Shown piece by piece: positions 1 through 11,770 of a stretch of 64,000 nt of DNA. Numbering within the stretch: the first letter of the stretch is position 1; each line of letters starts with the position of its first letter. The translations under genes and the position numbers were made by a program. The stretch is from NCBI RefSeq assembly GCF_006345805.1, contig NC_043008.1:52204001-52268000 (forward strand), read 5' to 3'. Below the pieces are notes generated by a model, which was not told the origin of the DNA, searched no databases, and was given only the letters and a program-made list of their open reading frames with translations. The DNA is from Octopus sinensis. Lineage: Eukaryota.

Positions 1-897
1 GCCCCAACATGTCTTCGCAAGCATGGGGGGTTGGCATGGGTGTCTGTCGTCGGGTGAGGTTCTATATCGACTTCGCTTGCCTCAACCGGTCTTTGCGTCC
101 AAGGGGGGAAAGGCATTCATAAGTGGGCTGGGCTCACTTGTCCTGCCTGGTCTTCTCACGTACAGAATATTTCCAAAGGTCTCGGTCGCTGGTCATTTCC
201 TCAGTGAGGCCTAAAGTTCGAAGGTCGTGCTTCACCACCTCGTCCCAGGTTTTCCTGGGTTTACCTCTTCCACGGGTTCCCTCAACTGCTAGGGATTGGC
301 ACTTTCTCACACACCCATCTTTATACATTCTCGCCACATGACCATACCAGCGCAATCGTCTCTCTTGCACACCACAACTGATGCTTCTTAGGTACAACAT
401 TTCTCTCAAGGTGCTAACGCTCTGTCGAGTATGTACACTGACATTACACATCCATCGGAGCATACTGGCTTCATTCCTCACGAGCTTACGCATGTCCTCA
501 GCAGTCACGGCCCATGTTTCGCTGCCATGTAGCATGGCTGTTCGTACACACGCATCATACAGTCTGCCTTTTACTCTGAGCGAGAGGCCTTTAGTCACCA
601 GCAGAGGTAAGAGCTCCCTAAACTTTGCCCAGGCTATTCTTATTCTAGCAGTTACACTTTCAGCGCACCCACCCCCACTACTGACTTGGTCACCTAGATA
701 ACGGAAGCTATCAACTACTTCTAGTTTTTCCCCCTGGAAAGTGACGGAAGTTGTTTTCTGCAGATTTTCGGAGGTTAATGCTCCCGAGCATCTGCCACAT
801 ACAAAAACTATCTTCCCAGTTAGCCTACCTTTGACATTGCTGCACCTCTTATGTGTCCATAGCTTACACTGGGTACATCTTATAGAGTTTCTACCTA
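1..897 (-). mobile_element. RTE-clade LINE, 5'-truncated 3' fragment (RT C-terminus plus start of 3' UTR)
   Basis: ORF 134-598 reads LYDACVRTAMLHGSETW...RLRWYGHVARM...RGRGKPRKTW, the typical RTE ORF C-terminus. The 5' junction abuts (AT)n at about 905-960. Confidence 0.9.
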
Positions 898-902
898 CAC
901 CT

Positions 903-947
<45 letters not shown>

Positions 948-968
948 TATACATACATACATATACAT

Positions 969-1063
969 ATATGTACAAGGAAACACAAATAACAAGCGGT
1001 GTTCCACAGGGCACTGTCTTGGGGCCACTGCTGTTCATAGTGGCCCTTTCAGACATGCCCTCA
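969..1063 (+). pseudogene. Small CR1/L2-type reverse transcriptase fragment
   Basis: Translates to [24 protein letters not shown], the non-LTR RT motif PQG..LGPLLF. Confidence 0.75.
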
Positions 1064-1138
1064 GTTGTTAAGCAATGCTGGGGGAGACCAAGACAGACAT
1101 ACAAACATATATATATACATATATATACATACATACAT

Positions 1139-1196
<58 letters not shown>

Positions 1197-1375
1197 TATA
1201 TATATGAATGAAGGGCTTCATTCAGTTTCCCTCAATCAAATCCACTCACAAAGCATTGGTCAGCCCAAGGCTATAGAAGAAGACACTTGCTCAATGTGCC
1301 ACGCAGTTGGACTGAACCCAGATCCATGTGGTTGGTAAGCAAGATACTTACCACACAGCCACTCCTGCGCCTATA
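1064..1375 (-). mobile_element. tRNA-headed SINE, family A, with internal (TA)n
   Basis: Head GGCGCAGGAGTGGCTGTGTGGTAAG...GGTTCAGTCC and body GCTTTGTGAGTGGATTTG..GGAAACTGAA. The same sequence recurs at about 27355-27520 and 37970-38135. Confidence 0.8.
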
Positions 1376-1424
1376 TGTGAAATATGCATGTGTGTGTGTG
1401 TGCATGTATGAAAGATATATAAAT

Positions 1425-1710
1425 GTGAAGGCACATGGCTTAGTGGTTAGGGTGTTGAAATCATGATTGTGAGATCGTGGGTTCAATTCCCAGATGAGGA
1501 TTTATGTTGTATTCTTGAGCAAAGCATTTCATTTCACATTGCTCTGTGATCATTTCGTCATCTGACATGTGGCACATGGTGCACATGTACAGGTAATGTC
1601 GATTTGATGGGAGGAATGAACTTATGCGTACACAAACATTTAATCATTATAAAGAAATCATCTGTGTGGTTGTTTGGCAAGAATTTACCAAACCCTCATA
1701 AGTCATCTAA
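1425..1710 (+). mobile_element. tRNA-headed SINE, family C
   Basis: Pol III A box (GGCTTAGTGG) and B box (GGTTCAATTCC) followed by a non-tRNA body. Confidence 0.7.
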
Positions 1711-1796
1711 TGAAGGAGAGTCTACGATGATATATCTATCTATCTATCTCCCCTCTCTCTCTATATATATATGTATATATATATATGTATATATAT

Positions 1797-4700
1797 ATCA
1801 TCATCATCATCGTTAAGCGTCCGCTTTCCATGCTAGCATGGGTTGGCTGGTTCAACGGGGGTCTGGGAAGCCAGAAGGCAGCACCAGGCCCAGTCTGATC
1901 TGGCAATGTTTCTACGGCTGGATGCCCTTCCTAACGCCAACCACTCCGTGAGTGTAGTGGGTGCTTTTTACGTGCCACCGACACAGGTGCCAGACGAGGC
2001 TGGCAAACGACCACGATCGGATGGTACTTTTTACATGCCACCGGCACGGAGGCCAGATGAAGCTGGCAATGGCCACGTTCGGATGGTTCTCTTACGTGCC
2101 CCTTACAGCTACAATTTCCATTGATGTTGATCGCTTTCGATTTTGATTCTGATTTTGATTTCTCACTTGCCTCAACTGGTCTTCACAAGTAGTTTCGTGT
2201 CCCAAGAAGGAAAAGGTATGTAGAAGCCACGGGTTATGGTCTCACTTGTTCTGCCGGGTCTTCTCACGTACAGCATACTTCCATAGGTCTCGGTCTCTAG
2301 TCATTTCCTCGGTGAGCCCTAAAGTTCGAAGGTCGTGCTTCACCACCTCGTCCCAGGTGTTCCTGGGTTTACCCCTTCCAAAGGATTCCTCAACCGCTAG
2401 TGTGTGGCACTTTTTCACACAGCTGTCTTCATTCATTCTTGCCACATGGCCATATCAGTGCAAACGTCTCTCTTGCACACCACAACTGATGCTTCCTAGG
2501 TCCAACTTTTCTCTCAAGGTACTTACACTCTGTCGAGTATGAACACTGACATTACACATCCATCGGAGCATACTGGCTTCATTTCTTGCAAGCTTATGCA
2601 TTAACTCAGCAGTCACGGCCCATGTTTCACTGCCATGTAGCATAGCTGTTCGTACACACGCATCATACAATCTGCTTTTCACTCTGTGCGAGAGGCCTTT
2701 TTTCACCAGCAGAGGTAAGAGCTCTCTGAACTTAACCCAGGCTATTCTTACTCTAGCATTTACACTTTCAGTGCACCCACCCCCGCTGCTGACTTGGTCA
2801 CCTAGGTAACGGAAGCTATCAACTATTTCTAGTTTTTCTCCATGGAATGTGGCAGAAGTTGGTCTCAGAGCATTTTCAGTGTTTATTGCTCCTGAGCATC
2901 TGCCACATACAAAAACTATTTTCCTAGTTAGCCTTCCCTTGACATTGCTGCACCTCTTATGTGTCCATAGTTTACACTTGGTGCATCTTATAGAGTTCCT
3001 ACCTGCGTTTGTGATTTTCTACCTTCCTACTTATTAGGACTTTGGTTTTAGCTAGGTTGACTATAAGGCCCTTCAATTCTAATCCTTGCTTCCACAACTG
3101 AAACTTCTCCTCCAGTTCTGATAGTGACTCAGCAATTTGAGCAAGGTCATCAGCATAGAGGAGCTCCCAGGGGCATCCTGTCTTGAATTCCTCCGTTATT
3201 GCCTGGAGGACTATGATAAATAGGAGGGGGCTGAGGACTGAACTTGGTGGACCCCTACCTCTACTCGGAATTCTTCACTGTACTCGTCGCCAACCCTCAC
3301 CTTACTAGCAGCATCCCCTGTACATGGCTCGTACAGCTCTCACTAACCATTCATCTATCCCTAGTTTCCTCACTGACCACCAGATAAGGGATCGGGGGAC
3401 CCTGTCGAAGGATTTCTCCATGTCAACAAAAGCCAGGTACAGGGGCTTATCTTTGGCTAATTTCTCCTGCAGCTGCCTTACCAGGAATATAGCATCAGTG
3501 GTACTTTTCTCTGGCACGAACCCAAACTGCATCTCATCTAACTAACTCTCTCTCTAATTAGTTGGGCTATGACGCTCTCTGTAACCTTCATTACCTGATC
3601 CAACAGCTTGATACACCTGTAGTTATTTGTATCTAGGCGTCACCTTTACCTTTGTAGCAGTTGACTATTATGCTGCTACCCAGTCATTGGAATGACTCCT
3701 TCGTGTATCACGTGGTTAACTATATGGGTGACTAGGCTATAGCCAACACTACCAGATATTTTAGCATCTCTGCAGTGATTCCTGATGGGCCTGGGGCTTT
3801 CCCAGTCTTCATGATTCTAATTGCCTTATCTATCGAGGAACTGTCAACTCAGATAGCTGGTCCCTCTGTTGGGATGACATTCGGCAGACTCTCTTTATCC
3901 CATTCATTTTCTTTATTCAGCAACCTTTCATAGTGGCATCTCCAAACCCCCCCTCTCTTGCATCCTCGTTTAGCGCAAGTGAACCATCATCTATGCGAAC
4001 ACATTTCTCTCTCTACCACATCACAATTCTCACTCACACTCTGTTTTGCAACGCGAAACACCTCCAGTCTTTGGTCCTCACGGCGCAGAGCATTGGCAAA
4101 TTTTTTCTTATCTGCATCCCCTCTGGCTAAATACACACCTGCCTCCTAAGCTTCCCTTCTGGCAGTCTGATACATTTCCCTGCTACCACCGTTCTTCTTC
4201 CAAGCCTGTTTCTTTTGTCTAATAGCCCTGTCAACAATATTGTTCACCACCACGTTATTTTGGGTCTAGAGGGGAATTGCACCAACCACAGATCTGGTCA
4301 GTGGCTCTCAGCAGGTTGTCCCTTAGAAACCTCCAGTTGTCTTCTACCTCATGTGAAGCTATATCCCCTTCTATTTCGTCAAAGGCTTCAAGTAATATAT
4401 CTCTAAATCTCTATCCATTCCCCAGATCTTTAAGCTTCCAACTCCTTCTTCTCCATGCTGGTCGTCCTTTTAGTGCTGACCCTAAAGTCACTAACTACCA
4501 GTCTATGTTGTGGGGTACATTCTTCGCCTGGGAAGGTTTTGGCATTTATAAGTAGCCATCTTTCCCTTTTTCTGACAAGGACGTAGTCTATTTGGCTAGT
4601 ATGTCGGCCCGATCAGTAGGTGACTAGGTGGCTGGTAGGTTTCCTGAAGTTAGTGTTGCAGACCATAAGATCATTCGCATCACAGAACTCCAGCAGCCTG

Positions 4701-4799
4701 GTTCCCTCCTCATTGCGGGAACCGTAGCCGTAGCATCCATGTACACCATGGAAGCCCCCAGCATGTTGTCCAACATGCCCATGGAAGTCACCAGCCACA
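1797..4799 (-). mobile_element. RTE-clade LINE, 5'-truncated and degenerate (APE C-terminus, RT, tandem-repeat 3' UTR, (GAT)n tail)
   Basis: Fragments include AGDFHGHVG...LLEFCDANDLMVCNTNFRK (APE), QFGFVPEKSTTDAIF (RT), LLYADD and the RTE C-terminus, with stops and frameshifts. Tail at about 1797-1811; flanked by (AT)n on both sides. Confidence 0.9.
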
Positions 4800-4949
4800 A
4801 ATATATATATATATATATATATATTAGTGAGAAGTTGAGGTTATAAGAGACACAGAGGTGTCAGGTAATGCTGAATAAGTGCTATAGACAGACCATAGTT
4901 AAGTTCCAGATTCGGTAATATTGCGAATAAAGGGTTCAAAGTTGGTTCT

Positions 4950-5460
4950 ATGTCAGCATGTGTATATAAGAATTTTTTGCGTAATGAGATAAAAAAAACC
5001 CAAGGCTGTATAGATATTAGAGCATTTATAAATAGAAGGTCTTACAGCTGTTTCTAGAATATTAATTAATAATAATATCCCTTCATCAGAGAAGGTGTGA
5101 GAGGAAAAGTTAAGTCATAGTTTCAATGTGATATGAATAGAGCGAGGAGAGGAAAGAAATAGATGTAATATGTATGGTTATTGAGTTCATAAATTCGTTT
5201 TATAGGCATAATGGTATATATGTGTATTATTCCAATATCCTTTGAGTAAAATCCAAAAGTCCCACAGAGTTTAATCCAAATGTAAAGTCCATCCAAAAGT
5301 AAAGTTTATAAGCAATGTAAGATTCTCTTAAAGTTGGTCATTCCCAGTAGGGAATTTATATAGAAAGTAGCAGATTCCAGGTTTGTGTTTAAACTGACCT
5401 AGAAAGGAGTGTATTAATTTGGTCATATTGAAAACAGGAAGAGAGGAATGACAAAGAAAA
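4950..5460 (-). mobile_element. Penelope-like element (PLE) remnant carrying a hammerhead motif near its 3' end
   Basis: Degenerate PLE-like RT peptide at about 5230-5440 (TLLLDGLYIWIK...) lies upstream of the hammerhead core at 5040-5092 on the same strand. Confidence 0.5.
5040..5092 (-). ncRNA. Minimal type I hammerhead ribozyme motif
   Basis: UCU-CUGAUGA-AGGGAUA(loop)UAUUCUA-GAAAC-AGCU-GUA-AGA, with palindromic stem III (ACAGCUGU) and a 3-bp stem I. Confidence 0.65.
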
Positions 5461-5744
5461 AAAAGAAAAAAAGAGAAGAGAAAGAAAGAATTAAAGAGAA
5501 AGAAAAAAGAAGATTAGTAAAAATAAAATAAAGAATAAACCCCTGAAGGTATGAATAAAGAGAATAAGAAAAGAAGGAAAAAAAAATTGGTCAGTGGTCA
5601 GTGGGGGTAGTTTGAAAGTAGAGAGAGAAAGGTATTATAGTATAAATGATAGAGAAATGAGGGTAGAGGAAGTACTAAGTGTAGTAGTAGCTTTTAATTG
5701 TGAGGCAAATATATGAAGAATTAAGAATTAAGGAAATATATATC

Positions 5745-5882
5745 TTTATTACCCACAAGGGGCTAAACACAGAGGGGACAATCAAGGACAGACAAATGGA
5801 TTAAGTCGATTACATCGACCCACATGTGCGTAAATGGTACTTAAATTATCGACCCCCAAAGGATGAAAGGCAAAGTCAAGCA
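5745..5882 (-). mobile_element. SINE family B, 3' half (central GCCTTTCATCCTT..GGGGTCGATAA..AGTACC domain, MetaSINE-like)
   Basis: The same body recurs at 20180-20700 and 62360-62560. Confidence 0.75.
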
Positions 5883-6129
5883 GTGTTAATTATTCTGAGA
5901 AAATATTTATGTGAAGATGTATATACATGTATATCAGATAAGTTATAGAGATAAATTACAAATACAAACCTCATGTATCATTGTTCCCACATGTGCAGTT
6001 ATCTAAATTTTGCATGCATATAAATGTTTACATATACCCACATGTATGCATACAGGCATACCCTCAATCATACATATATACGTGTGTATGTGTATATATG
6101 CAAATGAATATAATTAGATGGTTGCATAT

Positions 6130-6270
6130 GTGAGAAACTAGCTTGCAGATTGAGCGCTGACCTCGGTAGGGAAGTCCTGAGTCTATTATGGACCATGATA
6201 GAGTATAGGGTATGTTTGCATTTTTGAGATGATGTATGTGATTGGCGAGTGATGTAGATTTACTATGTTT
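6130..6270 (-). pseudogene. PLE GIY-YIG endonuclease C-terminal fragment
   Basis: STSLANHIHHLKNANIPYTLSWSIIDSGLPYRGQRSICKL resembles the PLE motif S..L..YIW.LK....Y.L.WSI.....PY.....C.LC. Confidence 0.6.
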
Positions 6271-6394
6271 ATATGTAGATTTACATATGCTGAGAAGGGA
6301 AGATGTAATATGTATGTACATATGGGTATGTTTGTACATAAATATATATGTATGTATATTGTGTGTATGTATATGTATATATATTTATGTATTC

Positions 6395-7145
6395 CTCATT
6401 TATATACCTTTTCATTCCTACATAACTACAATAATCTTAGGATATATTGTTTTTATATTCCACTATTATTTCTCTTTTGATAACTTTCTCCTTCCTCTGT
6501 TTATACTTTATCTAATAAGAATAATATAATACACCTACCAATAATAATAATTGATTCCTTGGTATGCATTCACATATGAATATAAAAACATAGAAATATA
6601 TGTACATGTGTTTATGCATGTTTAAGTGTACGTATGTATATGTATATGTGTATGTATTTGTATTTATAATTTAACCTTATGAACTTTCCAAACTCTCTGA
6701 TGAAACCCAGAGACACACCCAAGTACCTAAATCTTATCTACCAAATACTTCAGTCCACTGAAGGGATATAAGTAGATTGGGGTACTTTGGCCTCTTGGCT
6801 GAAACAGCTGTAAGATATAATCCTATCTTTTGTGATCTGCGTTATATATTTTAATAATTACTGGTATTTTTATATATATATTTGTATATGTAAAGCTTAC
6901 TATGCTATACATGTATGTATATTGTTATAATGGTTTTTTAAAAAATAAATATATAGACATAATATAATGTCTAAAATTGATCCCCTCCATTTTCTTATTG
7001 CTGTATAAATTAATCTCACCCATTTATTACATTCAGTAGTGTAATTGCCATGCAAATAAAAAAAACAACTTGTGTATTAATAATTGGGTTTTCTACCAGC
7101 AGTATATTGGATAGATATTATCCCTTAGTTGGTTGGATTAACAAC
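6395..7145 (+). mobile_element. Non-autonomous, non-coding PLE/retrozyme-like element carrying a long-stem-II hammerhead (copy 1)
   Basis: Colinear by eye with 15650-16400 (minus strand) on both sides of the ribozyme; no ORF. Confidence 0.7.
6693..6815 (+). ncRNA. Type I hammerhead ribozyme motif with about 97-nt extended stem II
   Basis: CUGAUGA at 6697-6703, AACCCAGAG/CUCUUGGCU closing stem, inner helices CCAAGUACC/GGUACUUUGG and CUUCAGU/ACUGAAG, then GAAAC-AGCU-GUA at 6801-6812. Confidence 0.7.
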
Positions 7146-7160
7146 CTCTAAATCTTTTGG

Positions 7161-7205
<45 letters not shown>

Positions 7206-7206
<1 letters not shown>

Positions 7207-8278
7207 TAGCAGTATCACCCGGTGTTGCTTGGGTTTGTTTCGACCCTTTAGAATTGGAATTTTTGAAAAGTTGAAATTTTGCATTATGCAACTTGTTATC
7301 TCTTCAAGTGAACATTTTTCCAGTTGAAATACACCGAAAATGGTGCTACAGCAGTCAAAAGTCGTAAAAATAGGGATTTTCATAGAAAAAAAGCACCTTT
7401 TTGATGTAAATAATTTTTGGTGTTAACATGGTCCGATTGAATTTTATCTTCTACAGAATGAAGAACAAGCCTTCTTCTATCATACTACAATTCAATTTTG
7501 GTCAACTTGCGCTGTCAGGTCTCGAAGATAGTATGTTTAGTTGAAGGCTACTAAACCTGCCACACACAGACAACTTCAGCTTTATATATATAGATTTGCT
7601 ACACACTACTTTCCATCCTTAATAATGAAACTTGTAGATCCAAGTTAAACCACAGACACACACACAGATACACACACAGACACACAAGTTGAGTTTTATA
7701 TATATGTAGATTTCTCAACAGGGATTTCAGGGGAGAGTTTCAGGGAGTCGCTGGCGATGTATCATGATGATCAAAAATCTGTCCTGCTAAAATTTGGTTA
7801 AAGTGATTCAAACTGCAGACTCAACGCAAAATGGTCACATTTAATTCAAAGTGTTAAAAATGTTATGAAAACAATTGGTATGTGTTCACAAAGTCCAAAT
7901 GATTAATACGAAAAAACCCTCCAGGCTACGTCCCGAAAATTTATTTCTTTGCCGAATTTCTACAATGTTTACGGCAATTCTTGATTTTTTATTCTTCATG
8001 CAATTTACGCATGCTTGCATGCATGGTGAACACAGTTCACGTTAAACAGCTGACTGAGTAAAGTTCACTATTCAATGCATGGGATAAGGCCTAAACAAAC
8101 ACATTATCGATTTTTGCAATTGCGAGATGAATTTCGGAACAGGAATAGCGCAGAATTTTAATTCGCCTAAACTCTAAGTGACCCACTGGTGGACGATTTG
8201 GTGGCTAGGAGGAGATGTGCCGGAAGTTAACACGGACACACAGATACACACAGTTGAGTTTTATATATATATATATAT
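7206..8278 (-). mobile_element. Non-autonomous Helitron cluster (one 3' end, three 5' ends)
   Basis: 3' hairpin (CCCAAGCAACACCGGG) plus CTAG|T at 7206. 5' A|TC-TATATATAAA termini at 7594 and 7710, and a degenerate one at about 8278. Confidence 0.75.
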
Positions 8279-8339
8279 ACATACAATATATTATACATGC
8301 ATACATACATGCATAACATATAGGCACACTTCCCACAGT

Positions 8340-9250
8340 AGAGGGCACCACAAAGTTTACACCATGAATGTGATACATCATGAGACTGGAATGCAACCTT
8401 AAAGCATTTTGTCTGATAACCTTAAATACTGAAAGATTCATTCAGCTCTACTACATCATTAATTTAGTAAGTGTCATCAGCAGACCATATGGATGTTAGC
8501 ATAAAACTTTGATTGATAGTTACATTGAAGACCAAAGCAGTCTATCATGGATAACACCAGATTACTCAAGTCCACTGAAGGGTACATAAATGGAAACAGG
8601 AAATATCCAATATCTGATGGATAAAGGGACAGAGACCAGGCAAAACAAAGATAACTGATACAACTTTGTGGAATTAACACTGAAGATATCCCACATCATT
8701 AGCAGTTGTCCAATAATGCCATCATGCTCTGACACTATGCTGTATAGACACTGTAAGGAGAGGAAGGATACCTTAGGCCAAAGAAAACCCCACAGTTTGT
8801 CAGAAGCCACAGCCACAAATAAGAAGGAGTACCAGATAATATCCCAGTGAAAACCTCAAAAAATGTAAATTACTAAGCCTATGTAGTGATTTGGCATAGA
8901 GAAGAGAAACTGAGTACAACTGTGGAAATCAGCTGCCCAGCAGATGCTGATATAAAGCTAAAGATCAGCGAAAAAGAAAATATCTATGCTGAACTATTGA
9001 GAGATTTACAGTTACTTTACCAAAATTGCAAATTCAGGTTTATACCTGTAATTATTGTGGCAGTGGGATTTGTAGCACACTGCCTAAGTAACAACGTTGA
9101 GAAGTTAGGCTTCTCAAAACTAGAAAGGATCTGATTTAAAGACTACATATCCAAACCATCGGTGAAACTGTAAAAATCTATAAAAATTTCTAGAAGTTTA
9201 TCATTCAAGTATATATGTGCATGTCTAGACATGCATAAAACAAAGCATAC
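8340..9250 (+). mobile_element. RLE-type (R4/Dong-like) non-LTR retrotransposon, 3' end, degenerate
   Basis: CCHC remnant (LCGINTEDIPHIISSCP) followed by the restriction-like endonuclease segment VIWHREEKLSTTVEISCPAD...EKENIYAELLRDLQLLY...FIPVIIVAVG. Confidence 0.75.
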
Positions 9251-9419
9251 AAATCTGCACATATACACAAATACATGCAAAAATACTCTGTTAATGTGGT
9301 TGAAATTTCAAGAAAGGGGCCTTGAATCTAGGTTAGAAACCAGCCCATTCTTTATTGGTAAGAAATTGTGAAATAAAACTGAATGATGACATGCATATAT
9401 ATATATATATAGGCCAAAA

Positions 9420-9845
9420 CCAGACATTATTGTATAGTACCAAAGGTACTATCCATCCTGTCTAATATCAGACCAAGTAGTGCAATAGCTTAGGGTTCAA
9501 AGTTGCATAGCTCTTCATTGCTCTGCCCTAAAAAGTAAGAAACCTACACAACATGGACGTGGGTGTCATCAAAAGGGAACTAGACATTCTCCTCTCCACA
9601 ATACACGATGAACTAATGGCCCAGCATGTGGTACAAATGGGGACAGCAGTGTCATACTCCTTCGTACACCAGATGGCCAACAACCAAAGGGAAAACAAGG
9701 GTTGTGATATGAAATCCCTAACCCTAACCCTAAATCAGAAGAAATCAGCCAAAGAAGAAAGATGTATAAAAGTACAAAATCCTGGTTGTGTTCCAGCATG
9801 ATCAGAGCTGCGTGGCTGAAATGAACTAAGGAATAAAAGAATGTG
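9420..9845 (+). mobile_element. CR1/L2-like LINE, 3' end
   Basis: Degenerate LINE ORF2 C-terminus (NSLGFK...LRNLHNMDVGVIKRELDILLSTIHDE...SYSFVHQ) followed by a short 3' UTR. Confidence 0.55.
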
Positions 9846-10017
9846 TGTGAGTGTGTGTGTGTGCCGGGGGATATGGAGTAAGTTTTCAATTTAATCATTG
9901 CTTTCATATGTGCTACTTGACATCAACATTAAAATAATATATGTCATGAACTGATTATAACAAGAAGTGTGATGATGATGATATACAGATATATGATTAT
10001 ATGTATGTATATTTATA

Positions 10018-10110
10018 TATACAGGGGAGTGCTGAAAAGATTTTGGGTTTGGGTAAAAGAAAATACAAGAGGAACAGTTAATTATAATTTTATTCAACAT
10101 ATTCCCCTCT
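10018..10110 (+). mobile_element. Mariner-type terminal fragment
   Basis: TA-CAGGGGAGTGCTGAAAAG..., then TTTTATTCAACATATTCCCCTC, resembling a mariner left end. Confidence 0.55.
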
Positions 10111-10124
10111 TATTATCATAAGCC

Positions 10125-10400
10125 CAATGAATGCTTAAGATATATAAATAAATTCTTATCATCCAAGAAGCATAATAAATTCAATTATTAGAAATATATC
10201 TACTTGTATTGCAAGGCTCTCATCTAATGAGGATAGATTTAAATAAAATCAAACTTATCATAACCATACATTATTAGAAGCTGGACATAGAGATAAGGTT
10301 TACTATATCCAGAATCATCATATTAATAATGAAGTTCTAGAAAATGATAGGATTATAGAGATGTTGAAAATTAACAAAGAGTATAAGGAAACTAAAAATT
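10125..10400 (+). pseudogene. PLE RT thumb-region fragment
   Basis: INSYHPRSIINSIIRNISTCIARLSSNEDRF resembles the PLE motif S.HP..II..I...I..R.S..SSNE..F, also seen at about 14700-14790. Confidence 0.6.
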
Positions 10401-10419
10401 TAGATAAATATAACGACAA

Positions 10420-11150
10420 CAACAACAACAATAATAATAATAATAATAATAATAATTTCTTTTATTGGCCACAAGGACTCAAGGCATGGTGGACAATATC
10501 AAAGGTTGAGTAACAGCACAACAAAAACATGTGGGGTTAACATGAACCAAGGGGAGATATTACCACATGAAAGGATATAACAAAGGATATATAATAGAAA
10601 GTAGAAATAAGTAAATAAAATAAATAGAATCCCAATAGTGGGGCAGTTCATAATTGGGAATCTTGGATATCTGGGGTAAAACCCCAACAAAAATTCCAGA
10701 TTACTCTGCTATCTCTGACATGGGAAAGTGCCCTCTTCCAGTTTCTTTCCTCCTGCTTAGAAAAGCATATTCAGAGTCAATCCATTCAGTCTCTCGTCCA
10801 CCTTTTGATAAACATACTAAAAGGTAGCACTGCCCTCTCTACCTTCACCTTCCTCTTCAAATGATATTTGAGGAAATTGATGGGAGCTTGACTGGATAGG
10901 AATGTGCCTGTTTTCTAACCTTTCAGATGGGTCCACCACACAGTCTCTTTTCCACAGCCACCAGGCAGAGAAAGACCTGCTTTCTTTTTCTGCTAAGGGA
11001 AGGTGGTGTGTTGATCGCAGCTGTGTGAATTCATTTTATACGTGACAAAGCTGCTCCACACAATCCCACAGTTCTCTAATGCACGGACACTGAATTATTG
11101 CATGCAGAATGATTTCGTCCCCCTGGGATATGCATGGTAAAAAGGAAGTT
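10420..11150 (-). mobile_element. Tx1/L1-like LINE, 3' end (ORF2 C-terminal Cys/His region, 3' UTR, (ATT)n tail)
   Basis: CISQGDEIILHAIIQCPCIRELWDCVEQL...ETVWWTHLKG...HLKRKVKVER; ends CAATAAAAGAAATT(ATT)n. Confidence 0.65.
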
Positions 11151-11179
11151 GTCAGTTTAAACAGAGTTAAAAAGGCTCA

Positions 11180-11770
11180 TGGAAAGACTTCGGGCCCCCC
11201 GCCTCCACATTTTCTCCCAAATTTGTTTATTTAAAAAAATCTGTTTTTGCCGTAAACCCCTGTTTTCAGATATGGAGGTTCCAAAAAATACCAAGGATCA
11301 ACATTGTTAAATTCCCCACACCCTTCTCCACCAAATTCTTCAATTTTGACTTTTCCCCCAACACTAACCCTAACCCTAATCCTAACCCTAAAACCCTAAT
11401 CCTAACCCTAAAACCCTAACCATAACCGTAACTACAAAAATTTTTGTCCGAATCATATATCTGTATTTTTCTGCATATTTAGAAAAAAAAAAAATTCTTA
11501 AAATAAATTTTACAAAACATTTCGGAAATTTTTTTCAGAATCATAATCTCCATATTTTTCCACATATTTTGGAAAAAAAAATTCTGGAAAAAGTGAAAAA
11601 TGAAGGAAATGGGGGTAGGGGGTGGTAATTTAAAAATGCTGCTTTTTGCCAATTTTTTGCAAATTCATATTCCCCATAATCGAAAAGAGGGATTTGTGTC
11701 AAAAAAAAAAATTGCTTTTTAAAAGGGTGGTTATTTTGATGGTGGGGACGGGCGGAAGTTTTGCCAGACT
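11180..11770. repeat. Degenerate foldback: about 190-bp inverted arms around a telomere-like (TAACCC)n core and a 60-bp direct duplication
   Basis: 11180-11365 aligns by eye with the reverse complement of 11585-11770. About 11 degenerate TAACCC units at 11364-11432. Confidence 0.6.

Noticed and set aside
895-1338. Tyr/Ile- or His/Thr-rich ORFs (also at about 23586, 39030, 51035, 55521-56200)
   Set aside because: Translations of (AT)n, (CA)n and (TATG)n microsatellites.
1425-1500. tRNA genes (A/B boxes here and at about 19400, 27480, 36860, 38650, 54850)
   Set aside because: No complete cloverleaf or acceptor stem; they continue into SINE bodies or are truncated heads.
9716-9733. Interstitial telomere or fusion scar
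   Set aside because: Only about 2.5 TAACCC units, inside a LINE 3' UTR.
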